Shown here: positions 23,701 through 36,912 of the stretch, in pieces | Layout of the letters: each line of letters starts with the position of its first letter | Numbering within the stretch: position 1 is the stretch's first letter | Notes under the pieces: generated by a model | What the model was told of the DNA's origin: nothing | The model's database searches: none | Seen by the model: the letters and a program-made list of their open reading frames with translations, nothing else | From: Felis catus | Taxonomy: Eukaryota | Reading direction: 5' to 3' | Assembly: GCF_018350175.1 (NCBI RefSeq) | Contig: NC_058368.1 | Coordinates: forward strand, 16,618,001-16,682,000 | DNA: 64,000 nt | Program-made: the position numbers and the translations under genes

Positions 23701-24699
23701 CTGGATACAGCTTTAAAGAAAAAATGAGGTCTAAAGTTAAGAGGAATGCCACACATTCACTCTCTCCATCTTTTCTCTGAATGGTTCTGCTCTGCATTAC
23801 AAAATGGGTGGACTAGTATGGAGAGAGGAAGAAATTGACGTGGGAAGGAATTATCCAAGATTTCACATATGGAGAAGGGGTTTATTTTCTTTATATAATA
23901 TTTTCATAAAATGTACTTTGTTTTCCAAAAAACTTTTTGTAAAGTTTATGGTCAATGCTATTTTTGTGGGATCACTTGTCAGAATTCATATAATGAAATA
24001 TTTTCTCAGCATTTTGCAAGCTAGACTGGTCTTCTGGGACTTTGATTCTTTGGTTGAAAAAAAGTAATGAACGTCTATGACATTAATGTTCCCATCTAAC
24101 AATGACATATTTTCATCTTGCATTTTATCCATAGATTATCAAAGGAACTATATATTTATCAAATCCTCTACTGTTTAAAGTGAGTGTGTAAATTTCTTCT
24201 ACATTTTCAGCATCTGCTAAACATCAAGACTTCTTTCTTGGGAAAGAAAGTTGACACGGGTGGGAGAATATCAAAGAGGAATAACGGGGAGAAACAATAT
24301 AGTCACCATTTATTTGTGATAGCCCCATGATTTCTTTATGTATCCTTCTCACAATGGCATGCTCAGAGCCTTGTACAGTGCTGCTAGGCACACATAGATA
24401 CATACTTAAAGATGCTTACTAGCCTACATGTCATAAATCAACTTCCATGGTGTTCCTCCTTCTGTTCTTGTCATTTTGCTTTCTCTGGTCAACCTATCTA
24501 AGAAAACTGTGCTTAAGAAGTGATATTTCTGCCCAGCATGTACCCATACCTGCATTTGTTCCCTTGATTATTATGAAATGAAAAGTCATGACAGCAGGCA
24601 ATTTTCTCAGTTGGTTCATCACTGTAATTCTAGAAAGCTACCTTAGGAGTACTAAAGAAGACATTCTGTAAGTACTCTCTAAGTAAATGAACAAGTGAA

Positions 24700-25800
24700 C
24701 AGATAGATGTAGTTTGAAAGGAAAGGAAAGGAATGAATAGATGGACAAAACATGAAGATGAAAATTTCATAATAATGGATAACTCATTGTAGAGAGAAGG
24801 TGAGATGGAGTTCAAGCTATGTCCAAAAATTACTAGATGATTGAGAGACCGAGCTTGTCAGTAACTGAAAGCAGATGTAGAGCAGAAGGTAGGAGAGAGG
24901 GCAGAGAAAGTGTTCATTTTGAAAACCTGCCTAGCTGTCTTGTTGGAGACGTCTATCAGATTGCAGAAAGGCAACTGGGAAGCCTAGGGAAGAAATATGA
25001 CTAGAAAAGTAAAGTGAAATATTATTATCACAGAATTCATAGTTTAAATTTTCATATACATTATTCCTTCTGCCAGGAATGATCACTTTTTCTTCATCTA
25101 TCTTGACAAGTGCTGTATTTTTTCTTCATGGTCCAGATCAACAGTGACCTCATTTGGCAAGTCTCATTGACAGAAGGATCTTTCGCCATTTCTCCCTTGG
25201 TACCATCATTATATTTTTCCTCGAAGACAGTAATACACTTATGGCACAGCATCGCAAACCATAAGCTGTATCCCTGTCTGTTCTAACTCCCATGTCCATA
25301 CTTACTTAGCTATCCCTGAGGGCAAGAAACATATGTATCATTAAATGATAGTGATAAAACTTTAATAATAGTAATGAGCACTTTAAATCTGAATTAATGA
25401 AAGTAGTAAATGGAATCAATCAATAAGAGAGTGCAGAGAAGCTGATACTAGAACATTGGGGAAAGCTATATTAAAATGGATGAAGAAAAGGAATTTATGA
25501 TTGACGAAGAGAGAACAGTAAAGATCGAGATGGAGCAGAGGGGTGGGAAACGAAGCAAGGAATGTATTTGCTACCTTAGGGAAGGAAATTTGAAGAACAA
25601 GGTGTTATTAAGGTCAAAACATAGACAAGACCCATGGGTTCCTAGTGGCTCAGGGCACTGGTGACCTATAAGACAATCATTTGGTGGAGTAAAGGGGATA
25701 GAAACAAGACTGAAGAGAGAATGAGAGACACACAATACTGAGCACAGGATGCAGCCGGTCTTTCCAAAAAAACTTGATGACATGATGAACAGAGAGGTGA
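24700..25800. mobile_element. Decayed L2 fragments
   Basis: Purine-rich L2-like motifs and an opposite-strand 'ttccttctgccaggaatga' piece; boundaries approximate. Confidence 0.45.
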
Positions 25801-25890
25801 TGATAATTCTAACAGCTGCAGGATCCTTAACAATGTCATATTCTTAATTTACTTATAATTTTAATATGGAGCTACTATGCACTTTATTAA

Positions 25891-26099
25891 GTTTTTCTTT
25901 CTTTATTTATTTTGAGAGAGAACGAGAGAGAGCACAAGTGGGGAAGGAACAGAGAAAGAGGGAAAGAGAGAATCCCAAGCAGGCTCTGCACTATCAGCAC
26001 AGAGCTCTCGGTGGGGCTCGAACTCACCGACTGTGAGATCCTTACCTGAGCCCAAATCAAGAGTTGGATGCTTAACTGACTGAGTCACTCAGGTGCTCC
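25891..26099 (-). mobile_element. CAN-SINE
   Basis: Tail tttatttattttgagagag, body, ends 'ctcaggtgctcc'. Confidence 0.92.
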
Positions 26100-27432
26100 A
26101 AGATACTATGTATTAGAAGATATCCAATTTAAAAGAAGCCAAAACTGCAAGAGAAAGAGGCACTTAATGGAGTGGTATCTCCGAGAATGTAGGAGAGGGG
26201 AAGGATATGAACAAAGCAGGAGGATTTGATTGGCTTTGGAAAAGAGGGGAGATAACTCTTGAAACGGGAGGAAAGAAGAAATAGTGAAAGTAAAGGATGT
26301 TGTTTTGTTTGTTTGTTTCTGCTGCCAGGAAAAATTAAGTGCACTGCATAGAGTAAAAAGTTTTTTTAATCAATGTTATTAAATAGATACAAAAGCAATA
26401 ATTTTATCTGTGTCAAAAAGATTGCCAGTTAGATGTGAACTGAAACATACACATAATAATAGTCTTCCTGTGATGTAATTGAAATACAGTAGAAATTTTA
26501 ATGACATTTACAAAATCTTTTAGAAGCTCAGAATACCCCTTTTGAGCATTTGATTATCTTAGCATTTTAATATTATAATTACAGCATGTCAGTACTCTAT
26601 TTAAAATGTAATTATCAAAGCTCAGAGGAAACTGATTCTTGTGCATCCATAATTTCATACAATATAATTTTAGAGCCTGAGCTATTTTTGTTTTATCATT
26701 TTAGTCATAGAAACATAGTTGAAAGTCTAGGGACTTGTAGTTTTCATTTTTTGATAGGCTTTTAAAAATAATCTTTGCTTTAAAAGTGGCCTTGTCACTG
26801 AATACATGTTTATCTGAAATAAATCAAATCTCTTCTGGTAGAATAAAATGGTTCATGCAGTTTTCAAAAACATATCATGACAGCAAAACTATATCTTCAA
26901 AAGAACATGTTTTGTAAAACTCTTCTCATGCAAGCCATTTTACCCTACAAGAATTAGGACATTGTTAATTATATTGATTGATGGATGATTTAGTAATTTC
27001 ATTCGAGTATATACTTAAATGTCATCTCAAAATGGCCTTTTCCAACTACCTTATTTTAAATACCCCCTCAACAAAATGTAACTCCTTGACATCTGGGGCT
27101 TTGCCTTGTTCATCCCTGGAGCCCAGAAAGAAGGTCTTTCTTGTTGAATCAACAACTGTTTTAGGTGATGTATGTATATGCTTAAGACAATGATGTCAGC
27201 ATTGATTAAAACAGTGCTGGTTCCCAAAATATCTGGTATCAGAATCACCCGGAGAGACTTTTAAATATTAAGTTTTCCAATCTTCACTTGTTGGAGACAC
27301 TATTTTGATGGGTTTGAAGTAGAATTTAGGATTTTAAAAATACTACCTTACGTGTTTTGCATGATAAGTTAGAATGGGAATGGCACTCAACTCTCATTCC
27401 TTTTTTATTAAAAATTTCATAACCTATGTCTC

Positions 27433-27492
27433 TTTCCTTCTTCCTTCCTTCCTTCCTTCCTTCCTTCCTTCCTTCCTTCCTTCTTTCCTTCC
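27433..27492 (+). repeat. (CTTC)n microsatellite
   Basis: Tandem cttc units. Confidence 0.95.
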
Positions 27493-28989
27493 TCTGACAT
27501 GTATTATTAAGCACAGTAAATATTAAACATTGTAGATACCAAAATGAAGTAACTAATCATCCTTGCCCTTAAAATGCATAATGCTAAACAATGGAAAGTT
27601 TTTACTCTTTGAGAGGGCAAATACTTATCACAAATAGTAAAAGATAAGCAAATAATGAGTGAAGAAGCTGGTTAATACAACTTGTGTATGCACGAGTGTG
27701 TTTAAAAAATGAGGTGTGAATGAAATAATGAAGCTAATCTTCTTATGAAAGTTATGACAGACCCAGGAGACAATCCAAAAGAGACACTGTAAATACATTG
27801 TGAGAAAGAGCATAGTTTTTCTGGAATAACTGTAGAAAAAAGAATCCCCAAATGGCTTGAGCTAGTCTCCTACATAAAAACACTGATTCCTTATTCAAAC
27901 AACCTCTTCGCATTTAGTAGAAACGTATATAGTGGTAAGGTTCTTTGGCCAACTAAGTCCGACTAGTTCATTAGCTGCTTGAAAGAGGTAGGCCCCCAGA
28001 TCCTACCCACTGTAACCAAATTTCTCATCGCATTACATTCAAGACACTGAAGAAAGATGGCAGGAACCTGTTACTTTTACTTGCGACTCTGGCTTGGAAG
28101 ACAATTCCTCTCTCCTTCCTGTAACTTCCCTGCAGAATACTTCTCAACACACTTCTCACCACGATCTTTGTAAGTTAATGCAGAGTTTACAGCAAGGAGG
28201 GGATCTGGGCACAAAAAATGCAGCCGAGGGAAGGCATCCTTTCTCCTGCCCTGCTCATTACCTTTCCTTCTTTGTAGGTCTCCTCCCTCTGCACCGATAC
28301 AGTTAGCTCAAAAGCAAGGCAAAAAGAGGGACCTAGGACTCAAGACGGTGGCTGGAATTGCTCTCTGCTGATAAAAGAGAAGGGGATGACTATGTAAGGA
28401 AGCATGGGTAATCCACTTTGATAGCGGATGGTACTGTTAACAACAAAGAGAATTCGAGAGCCACCCACGTTTGGCAAACCGCATTTGGGTGTATAAATTC
28501 AGGTATGCATACATACAACAAGCTTCGTTATTGTAACACCTCGCAGTAGCACTGAGAATGATAAAAGATTTTCCATTTATTTAAACGGTTTAATTTATTT
28601 TATTTTTAAAAAGGCGTTTAGTTTAACACAGCTGCTGTGTTAGTTTGATGTCAGATCTGCTTACCACAGATTAAAATGGAATAACAGAAAATTCCAGAAG
28701 CATTTGCTTTTCAAAGAATGTCAACTAAGGCACACATAGGTATTGAATCCTGGAAGACAGGATTAAATTTTACCCTATCTCTATGCTTGTCTAGTGGGTC
28801 CTTCATCTTAGCATTTGCTATACTGAATTGATCTGAGTCTGTTGGACCATCTACAAGACTAAGATTTTTGAGGGATTTCTGGTGTTCTCATAAACCTGTT
28901 CTGGAGTGTGAGAACCCTGATTTGTATCATATTCCTATTTTATTGGTGTAAATACGCCCACCATCACTGATTTCAAGTTACCAAAGTTT

Positions 28990-29204
28990 TTTTTTTTTAA
29001 AGGTTTATTTATTTTTGAGAGAGAGACAGAGACAGAGTGCAAGGGTGGAAGGGACACAAAGAGATGGAGACACAGAATCCGAAGCAGGTTCCAGGCTCTG
29101 AGCTGTCAGCACAGAGCCCCACGCAGAGCTTGAACCAATGAACCATGAGATCGTGACCTGAGCTGAAGCTGGACGCTTACCTGACTGAGCCACCCAGGTG
29201 CCCC
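28990..29204 (-). mobile_element. CAN-SINE (felid type)
   Basis: Full body; TSD-like tcaagttaccaaagttt / tcaggttgccaaaagttt. Confidence 0.93.
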
Positions 29205-30357
29205 TCAGGTTGCCAAAAGTTTAACAAACCTCCCAAATCAGTTTTTGGTTCCAGCGCATGACTGGCTGGGACAGTCTTTGCCCCACTGCCACATAACACA
29301 TGGCCCAGCACAGCCTGCTGTAGATTAAGTATCTGCTGGATTCTAGTTGGGAGAGTTTTAAAATAATTCTTACGAGAACGTCAGCTTTTCCGATTCCTTC
29401 ATCGTTTTACTCCAGGGCATGCCACCCTTTATGGAAGCAAGTTTACTTTCTCCATTCAATGCCAACCCCTCTCATACCCCATGAGGGATGGAAAATAGAG
29501 GTTCAGCAAGACAGTGTCTTACGTACTCTCACACAAAGTTAATGAACTTCAATTTCGGAATGTAGTAATATTTCAAAAGCTGCTTTGAGGGCTCAAGTAG
29601 GCTTGTCTTATGTCATTAAATGGATAGTAGTTAATCATATAATTATTTCAGGATTATTTCAGGATTCCTCGTAAGATTTTTTAATAGTGTGCAAATCGAA
29701 GAGAAGAATGTCGGCCTTTTTGTTACCAAAGAGGACAAAGAATATTGAGAGTGACTTAAATATGCTAGAGCTTGTTTAATTTTATATCTGTTGCCACCTA
29801 TTTTATAAATTAAAACGGAGTCAGCTAAAACCTAAATTGAACAAGTTAGGCAAGTGCAGCAGCAGAAGATTAGATCCTTGTTTGACTAATTTCAAGGTCT
29901 TTGCTTGTATGGTGAGAAGCTACAAAGCGGAGCTATGTGTGGGAGCTGGGTAGGGGTCTAAACATAGCCTTCGCCTGCCCTTGCCTTCAGAAAAGGATGC
30001 TGTTCCCTGCTCAGTTCTGGGCTTCCGAATGGGTCAACCCTTTGAATTCAAAAAGTCAAAAGAGAAGGCTGAAATAATCCATATGAGAAAGAAAATTCCC
30101 AGTCTTGGAAATGACAACTAGCGTGGCAGCAACCAGGTGCTGTTTTAAGAAACTCAGAGGAAGAAGACAGAGGATGAGATCATGCTCTGATAAATATCAC
30201 CTCAGGAGAGAAAAAAGAGACTTAGAGGATTTTTAATGGAGATTTGCTAGATTTGGCAACTGTAATTCTCCCTCTGCTGCTGATTTACATTTTATGTATT
30301 TCCCTAACTGAAGCTTGCCTAAACATAACCCCACTTTATTCTAGTGGTTCCTAATCA

Positions 30358-30525
30358 GAAAAAGGAAGAAAGGAGGAAAGGAAGGAAGGAAGGAAGGAAG
30401 GAAGGAAGGAAGGAAGGAAAGAAAGAAAAGAAAGAGAAAGAGAGAAAGAAAGAAAGGAAGGAAGAAAGAAAGAGAAAAAAAGAAAGAAAAGGAGAAAGAA
30501 AGAAAAAGGGAGGGAGTAGGAAAGA
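30358..30525 (+). repeat. (GAAG)n/(GAAA)n compound purine microsatellite
   Basis: About 165 bp nearly pure A/G tract. Confidence 0.95.
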
Positions 30526-32012
30526 TATCAATGTTTGAGGTCAGCTATTTCTACGATTTCATCCTTTTTTTTAAACATAAATGTTGTTACAGATTTTTTT
30601 TTTAGTCAAGTCATAATACAAAGGAAGGATTTTCATGAGACTTCAAAAACATAGTACTTTGGCAATTTTACTAGAGTTCTATATTTCATGTATAATTAAA
30701 AAGTAAAATATACACAGCTTTCCCTTCTTCCCTGAATGGCAGTGGTATTTTCCAGTTAAGGCAAAAATAATAATAATAATAATGAGAAAGTTGCTCACCA
30801 TTTATTATTCTACCAATGGTATAGTTCACTTAACTTTTTTCTGCTTGTTAGCTCTTGAGTATATTAGACTATGTATTGACTATATATTCTGCTTCACAAC
30901 CAAAAGGAATCCAGCCACGTTTCCTCAAGTATTAAAACTGATAGCCTTGAATATGTCAGAGGCTAAGTCTGATAGACATGGACTTCTGTGAAGCCAGTTC
31001 TTTATTTTGATTTATGTGGTTATCTAAAATGATTTTCAGAAAACTGATTAAAAACATTCTGGAGATTTCCAAAACATGCAGCTCACAGGCATTGAAAAAT
31101 AGTTTCAAGGCCAAAGACCTGACCGTATATCAAACAGCAAACAGAAGTGAGCAAAATTGCCATGTGTATTTTTGCCTCGATGGTGTGTGTTCTTCTTTAG
31201 AGCCACCCAAGAGCCAACTCTACAGACTTACACATTGAAACCAACAAACTGCCTCCTCTTGGATGTCTTCCCACCTTGCCATTATTGTCAGCATTTGGGG
31301 ATGTATCTAAATTTCCCATGCGTGAAGAAATCGCGAAATACAAGACAATGGCCTCAGGGACATCCCGCCTTTCTCTGTATTCTCTGAATTTTTGAGTGTG
31401 CTTGTGGTAGTGGGAGATCACGCTGTTTATTTAGGGACTTATCATCATGTCAGTGAAGGTATCTGGTCATCCTCTCCCTCTCCTTGCCCCTCACATGAAA
31501 CTCTGCACATTAGTCTTCATGCAGGGCTTAACTTCACTCCCAGCTTACAGCGGCGGCACCAAGTGAGAAATATGCTGGTGGGTTTGATTACGAAAGTGTT
31601 AGTATGTCAGAAAGAAATCACGAGGCATTTGGGAAACCTAATAATAAAACTGAAAATGGAAAACTTTGAGCAGCAAAACAAATCACATTTGGGGTTGTTT
31701 TCAGAATTTTCTCGTGAATTTGCAGAATTTAATTCCCTTGGGAAATCTGGACTGTCGAAAGAAGAGAAAATAAAAATTTTAGGTGTGGAGATTTATGCAT
31801 TCCTCATGATTATAGGAGATTTAATGTGAGCCCACAAAATGAATAACCTTCTAAAGGGCCTTTAATGTTTCTTAACTTGAAAAAAAATATGTATTATTTT
31901 GTCTTGGAGAAGGGTTGTCTCTTTTCATGGCATTCCCTTTGTCTTAGGGGTGTATGGGTCAGTATTCTCACAGACTTGAGATCAGCTTATATTTACAAGG
32001 CCTCTGCATATA

Positions 32013-32089
32013 TTTTTAAATTTAATTTAATTTTTCTACAGAGAGAGAGAACATGAGAGAGAGTGCATGAGTGGCAGGAGAAACAGAGA

Positions 32090-32129
<40 letters not shown>

Positions 32130-32197
32130 TCGGGAAGAGGGATCGGCTCGATCCCTCAAGAGTCAGATGCTCAACCAATTGAGCCATTCGGATGCCC
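32013..32197 (-). mobile_element. CAN-SINE, internally deleted, long (GA)n
   Basis: Tail, (GA)n and head 'tcaagagtcagatgctcaaccaattgagcca' present, middle missing; TSD-like ttacaaggcctct / ttacaaggctcct. Confidence 0.85.
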
Positions 32198-33144
32198 TTA
32201 CAAGGCTCCTGAATCAAGCTTTGTGGCCTTGTTTTTCCTTCAACAGTTATTACAACAATATAAATTGAATGTTTACTGTATGCCAACACTGTGCTGGACA
32301 TTTTGATCACATTGCTATCTATGGTTTCCTTGTGTAGTGATTTTAAACAATTTAGGTCTCTGGTGCTTTTGTAAATAAATCACATCCCATGAAACATGAA
32401 TGTTTGAAGAGTTAGGGACTAGAATTATAGTTTACTTGGGACTGCTAAAGCTATATCAAGAACTTTATCTTCCTGGATGACACAGACCAGGATATCCTCT
32501 GAATTGAGTTCTGGGATCCAGCCACCCCATTGCTATTAGGGCCATTTAGAGTTCTTGATAACTTATTTTGCTAAGTTGATATTAATATAAGGGAACATTG
32601 CAGAGATCAATTTACAGCAGAGTTTTCCAGGACATTGCTTCTAATGTTAGACAGTGTGGTAATTACTAGCTCAATGACCTTAAAAAGTTATTTTACCTCT
32701 GGGCTTCAGTATTTTTAACTGTGAAACGAACCATATGGTCACTAAAGTTTCATCTAACTCTAAAATCTAAGCTTCTAAAAGGACCCTTTGGTTAGATGAC
32801 ATGTACAATATTCATCCACTCATTTTGTTATTGATCAAGGTTGGCCATAAACACCTTCATAGTATATATAAAAATAGGAGTCTCTCTTCTCTTTTCATTG
32901 AAATCAGACTATAAGTTAAATTTGGACAATGGGATTAGCTAAAGATCAGGCCTGATATACCATGCTTTGAGTTTCTGTGATTTTCTTGGGTATACTTTGA
33001 GATAACCAGACATCTTGTCTGGACTTGCCAAAGGGCTTCTATACCCAATGTAACTCTCCTGAAAGGGATAACTGTAGTCAGATTCCAGCTTGTTAGGGGC
33101 AGGGGGTTGCATTAGCTTGGAGCAGTGCTGATCATTTGTGGGAT

Positions 33145-33700
33145 GTTAGGCTATTCATAGTTTGCTACTATAACAAGAGATAGAGTGTCCAATTAACTAA
33201 AAACTGTAGAGTGGCTTCAACAAATAGACGTTTAAGTTTTGTACCTGTAATAGTACTGGGCAGGTTTATTAGCTGGTGGTTGAGGCGGTGGGGAGTGGTC
33301 CTATTTCATGAGTTCTTTAGAGATCCAGGGAGATAGAGGCTCTTCTCCCTTCAACAAATAGCTTCTGTGTTGGTCGTTGCTTGGGTTATTTTTGACGTAA
33401 TCTTCATGCTAACCAGTTAGAAGTAAAAACGAGCATGAAAGAGTATTAAAGTAGAGATTTATATGGACTTGCAACTGCATGCCGTAATTTCTATTTCTCC
33501 CATATCCTCTTGGTTAAAATCAGTCACTGGCTTGACCTGGCTAGACAAAATTTTTGAAATGCTCTACCTGACTGGGCAATCAGTAAGCAGCAACAACTCC
33601 ACCCAGTGGAAGGACAAATACAAATTTCTGGTGGGCAGCTAGCTCTCTCGACCATGCTTTACCTCTTTGCTCGCCAAATTTTTATGCACAACTTTTTCCC
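33145..33700. mobile_element. MaLR (MLT1-like) LTR remnant
   Basis: 'tttgctactataacaag...agtggcttcaacaaatagacgttta...cttggttaaaatcagtcactgg'. Confidence 0.55.
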
Positions 33701-35304
33701 CACACGTACAACATAGTTGTCCCCCTTCCCCAAAGGAGATGACCCAAATTCCCGTGTAGTCGCTGTATCCTGCCGAAAGTCCATGATCTCTCCATACGGT
33801 TAAGTGATCTACAATTTAAAGATGAATCAATGTGCCTCATTATACACAGGTGGGGATGCAACAGGGTATCAACAAATAAATAATCCCACTGGTGAATGGG
33901 AGCTAAAGAGTAGTCACAGATGAGAACCTGTTGGGAGTCAGAGATAAAACCATCACTACCACTATTACTTCTAGACAGTCGTGAAACCCGTGCTAAGGAC
34001 AGTAGAGGAAAGTAGGAATGGGTGCTGAGTGCTAACCCATCCCACCTGCTACAGTCAATGAGACTACTGTAACTGGAGTACAGTGACAGAGAAGAGATGT
34101 TAGAAAATGAGGTTGGAAAATGCTAAGGATTCAGATTTTCAGTGTGATGGGAAACCATGGAGAGGTAGGAGAGTACTCTCCTTTTATGATTTATATTTTA
34201 AGAGGGTCACTCTGTTGCAGTCCGGATAATAGACTCCAGAGGAGCAGGAGTGAAAGGAATGAGCATAGCTAGTGGGCTTCTGGAATAGTCTGGGGTTTGG
34301 ACCATTAGTGGCTGGGATTGAATGGTAGCAATCACAATAAGACTTGATTAGATTAAAAAGTTACTTTGAAGATAAAGCCAACATTGTATCTTTCTTCACT
34401 CATTCTCTTCAGGATTTGGGCACAAATAAGTCAAATTACACTATAACCTAGGTACCCTAAGCTCTTGTCTACGTGAGTTCACAAAATACTCCTCCTCTAC
34501 TTTCAGATTTCTAGAGACCCCAGGAGTGTCCATGCTCACAAATAAATCAATTCCAACCAAGTGTTTGCACTGTTCTTCCATTCCCTTTCATAGGTGTTCA
34601 TACCAAGAGCACTCACTAATGGGCATTCTGTATACTCAACTTCATCTCAGACTTCACTTCCAGAGCCCAAAAGGACACACAACACAGTTAAGCAAAAGGG
34701 AATCGAAAAGTCAGACCTCATAAAATTTAGATACCCGACAGCTCTCAGAAGAAAGGATAAAATTGATCTGGTAAAATTTTTAAGCTGGAGTGGTTTGTCA
34801 CTGGTGCTTTTTCTGAGTCTTAATTCTTTGCCCTTCTCACCCCAAACAGCTTTTCAGTATCAAAACTGACGAGATAAAACAAAAATCCCAAATCAGAGTG
34901 AAACAGTTCCAAACTAAAATATCATTCTCTTTCCTCTGAACATAGATTTCTCCAGTGCAGGTATTAGAAAAGATAAATATAGGTACTTTCATTAGTTTGT
35001 AAACATTTGAGGTATACATCTCCCCAGAGACAACGTAATGATTCACTAAAGTTCATTACAATGCTGTATATTATAATATTTTACTTCTATTATTATTATT
35101 AATTCTATTTTATTGCTGCTTTTAATAGGTGCTGCAAATATAGCTGAATTTTTACCTTCATCTCAAATACCTCTCCTGTTCCCTGGGCCTTCTGAGTATT
35201 GGAAAACCCCTGCAGGGTTTTTGCCCAGCCTCCTGTCATACCATACAGGGGGTCACCCATCACTTTCATCTCCTAATGAATGCACTTGGGATCAACTTCC
35301 TGGA

Positions 35305-35334
35305 GTGCTTGCTTCGGCAGCACATATACTAAAA
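35305..35334 (+). pseudogene. RNU6: Tailless 3'-truncated U6 snRNA retrocopy (U6 nt 1-30)
   Basis: gtgcttgcttcggcagcacatatactaaaa matches the U6 5' end GTGCTCGCTTCGGCAGCACATATACTAAAA with one CpG-type mismatch; flanked by caacttcctgga / caatttcctgga. Confidence 0.93.
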
Positions 35335-36380
35335 CAATTTCCTGGAAATGGTTATTCGTTTCTTTCCTTGTCAGAAATAGTCAATACTTCAGTAGGTTCT
35401 TGCTTCTTTCCAAAAGCTCAATTTGAGTCATCTTTCAAATACAGATAGAACTTGTTATCACAGCACGTAATATCTTTACAGTGCAAGGAGTAGCTGGCCA
35501 CTTTGCCCCTCCTGTGGTGACTGAAAGGTTATATTTTGAAAATGAACAGAAAAACAACAACAACAACAACAACAACACAACAACAATAAACTTGAGTCCT
35601 GTCATCCTGGTTCAGGATAAACCTAGAAGACAGAAGAGTTTGAAAGTATATTTATTTATCTGGAAGTACCTAGATTTCAACAAAGTCTTACCACAAAGAA
35701 TCTTTGTTATTTTGGCTGAGTTCTCGGTACTTTTGTGGATTAGACTTGTTGGAGATTTTATGAAGGGTATCTCTTTCTCTCCTATACTTGCTAGGACAAG
35801 TTAGTTATCTTTTTTCTCTTTCAGTCAGATGACTCTGGAATTGAGATTCCAGCAAGCAGAGGGAAGACGTTTACGAACAGGGAAACTATCCTATTACCCA
35901 GTCAACCAATTATATATGGAGTGCATAGGATGTGTGAGAGTCTAGGTAGACGAAAGTCTTTTCTGTACATAATCTTGCCATAGGAAGAGAAAAAGAAGAG
36001 AAAGAAAAAAACAAGAATCAGGTGAACAAGAATATGTTCTGAGGCTCTCTGATATTCCTGGACCCCTGTAACAGAGAAGAACTGACATATCTGAATCACC
36101 TGGGTCCAGCTATCTTGGGCATCATCAGTAAAATAGATAATTCACCTTCAGATATTGGGAACTGGGACTATACAGACAAAGGGATACTGATACATATAAT
36201 AAATTATACTGATTTATTAAAATTTGTTGCTGTTTGTGGTTTATGCATATCACCAAATAAATCAGCTTAATCATGTCCTAAGTGGTACTTGCAGAATTCA
36301 TTCCTTCACACACCAGACGTGGTGAAAGTCTCACTCTGGGTTAGATACTATTCCGAGCAAAGGTTAGAGATACTCCTTTT

Positions 36381-36612
36381 TTTTTTTTTTAATTTTTTAA
36401 TTTTTTTTTCAAGGTTTATTTATTTTTGGGACAGAGAGAGACAGAGCATGAACGGGGGAGGGGCAGAGAGAGAGGGAGACACAGAATCGGAAACGGGCTC
36501 CAGGCTCTGAGCCATCAGCCCAGAGCCTGACGCGGGGCTCGAACTCACGGACCGCGAGATCGTGACCTGGCTGAAGTCGGAGGCTTAACAGACTGCGCCA
36601 CCCAGGCGCCCC
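36381..36612 (-). mobile_element. Young SINEC_Fc-type CAN-SINE
   Basis: CpG-intact; perfect TSD agatactcctttt at 36368-36380 and 36614-36626. Confidence 0.96.
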
Positions 36613-36698
36613 AAGATACTCCTTTTAAGAAGTCATGCAGATCTTTGGTATCATGAAGTTTAGTGGTTAACTACTAAATCTTAAAAATAAATTAAGAA

Positions 36699-36912
36699 TG
36701 GGGCCTGGGTGGCTCAGTTGGTTAAGCATCCTACTCTTGACTTCAGCTCAGGTCATGATCTCATGGTTGTGAGCAGGAGTCCCGAGTCAGGCTCCATGCT
36801 GAGCATGGAGGTTGGGATCCCCTCTTTCTCCCTCTCTTTCTGCCCCTCGACTGCTCATGGTCTCTCTCTTTCTCTCTCTCTTGCCCTCCCCCAAATTAAT
36901 TAATTAATTAAT
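36699..36912 (+). mobile_element. CAN-SINE, older
   Basis: Head, (CT)n, (TAAT)n tail. Confidence 0.9.

Noticed and set aside
30112..30135. CTCF-like motif (actagcgtggcagca); also agcaggtggcag near 15586
   Set aside because: Only partial matches; cannot be scored without a PWM
31392..31829. 145-aa ORF in unique DNA
   Set aside because: Non-ATG start, no recognisable domain or convincing exon boundaries; length is within chance expectation for 64 kb in six frames
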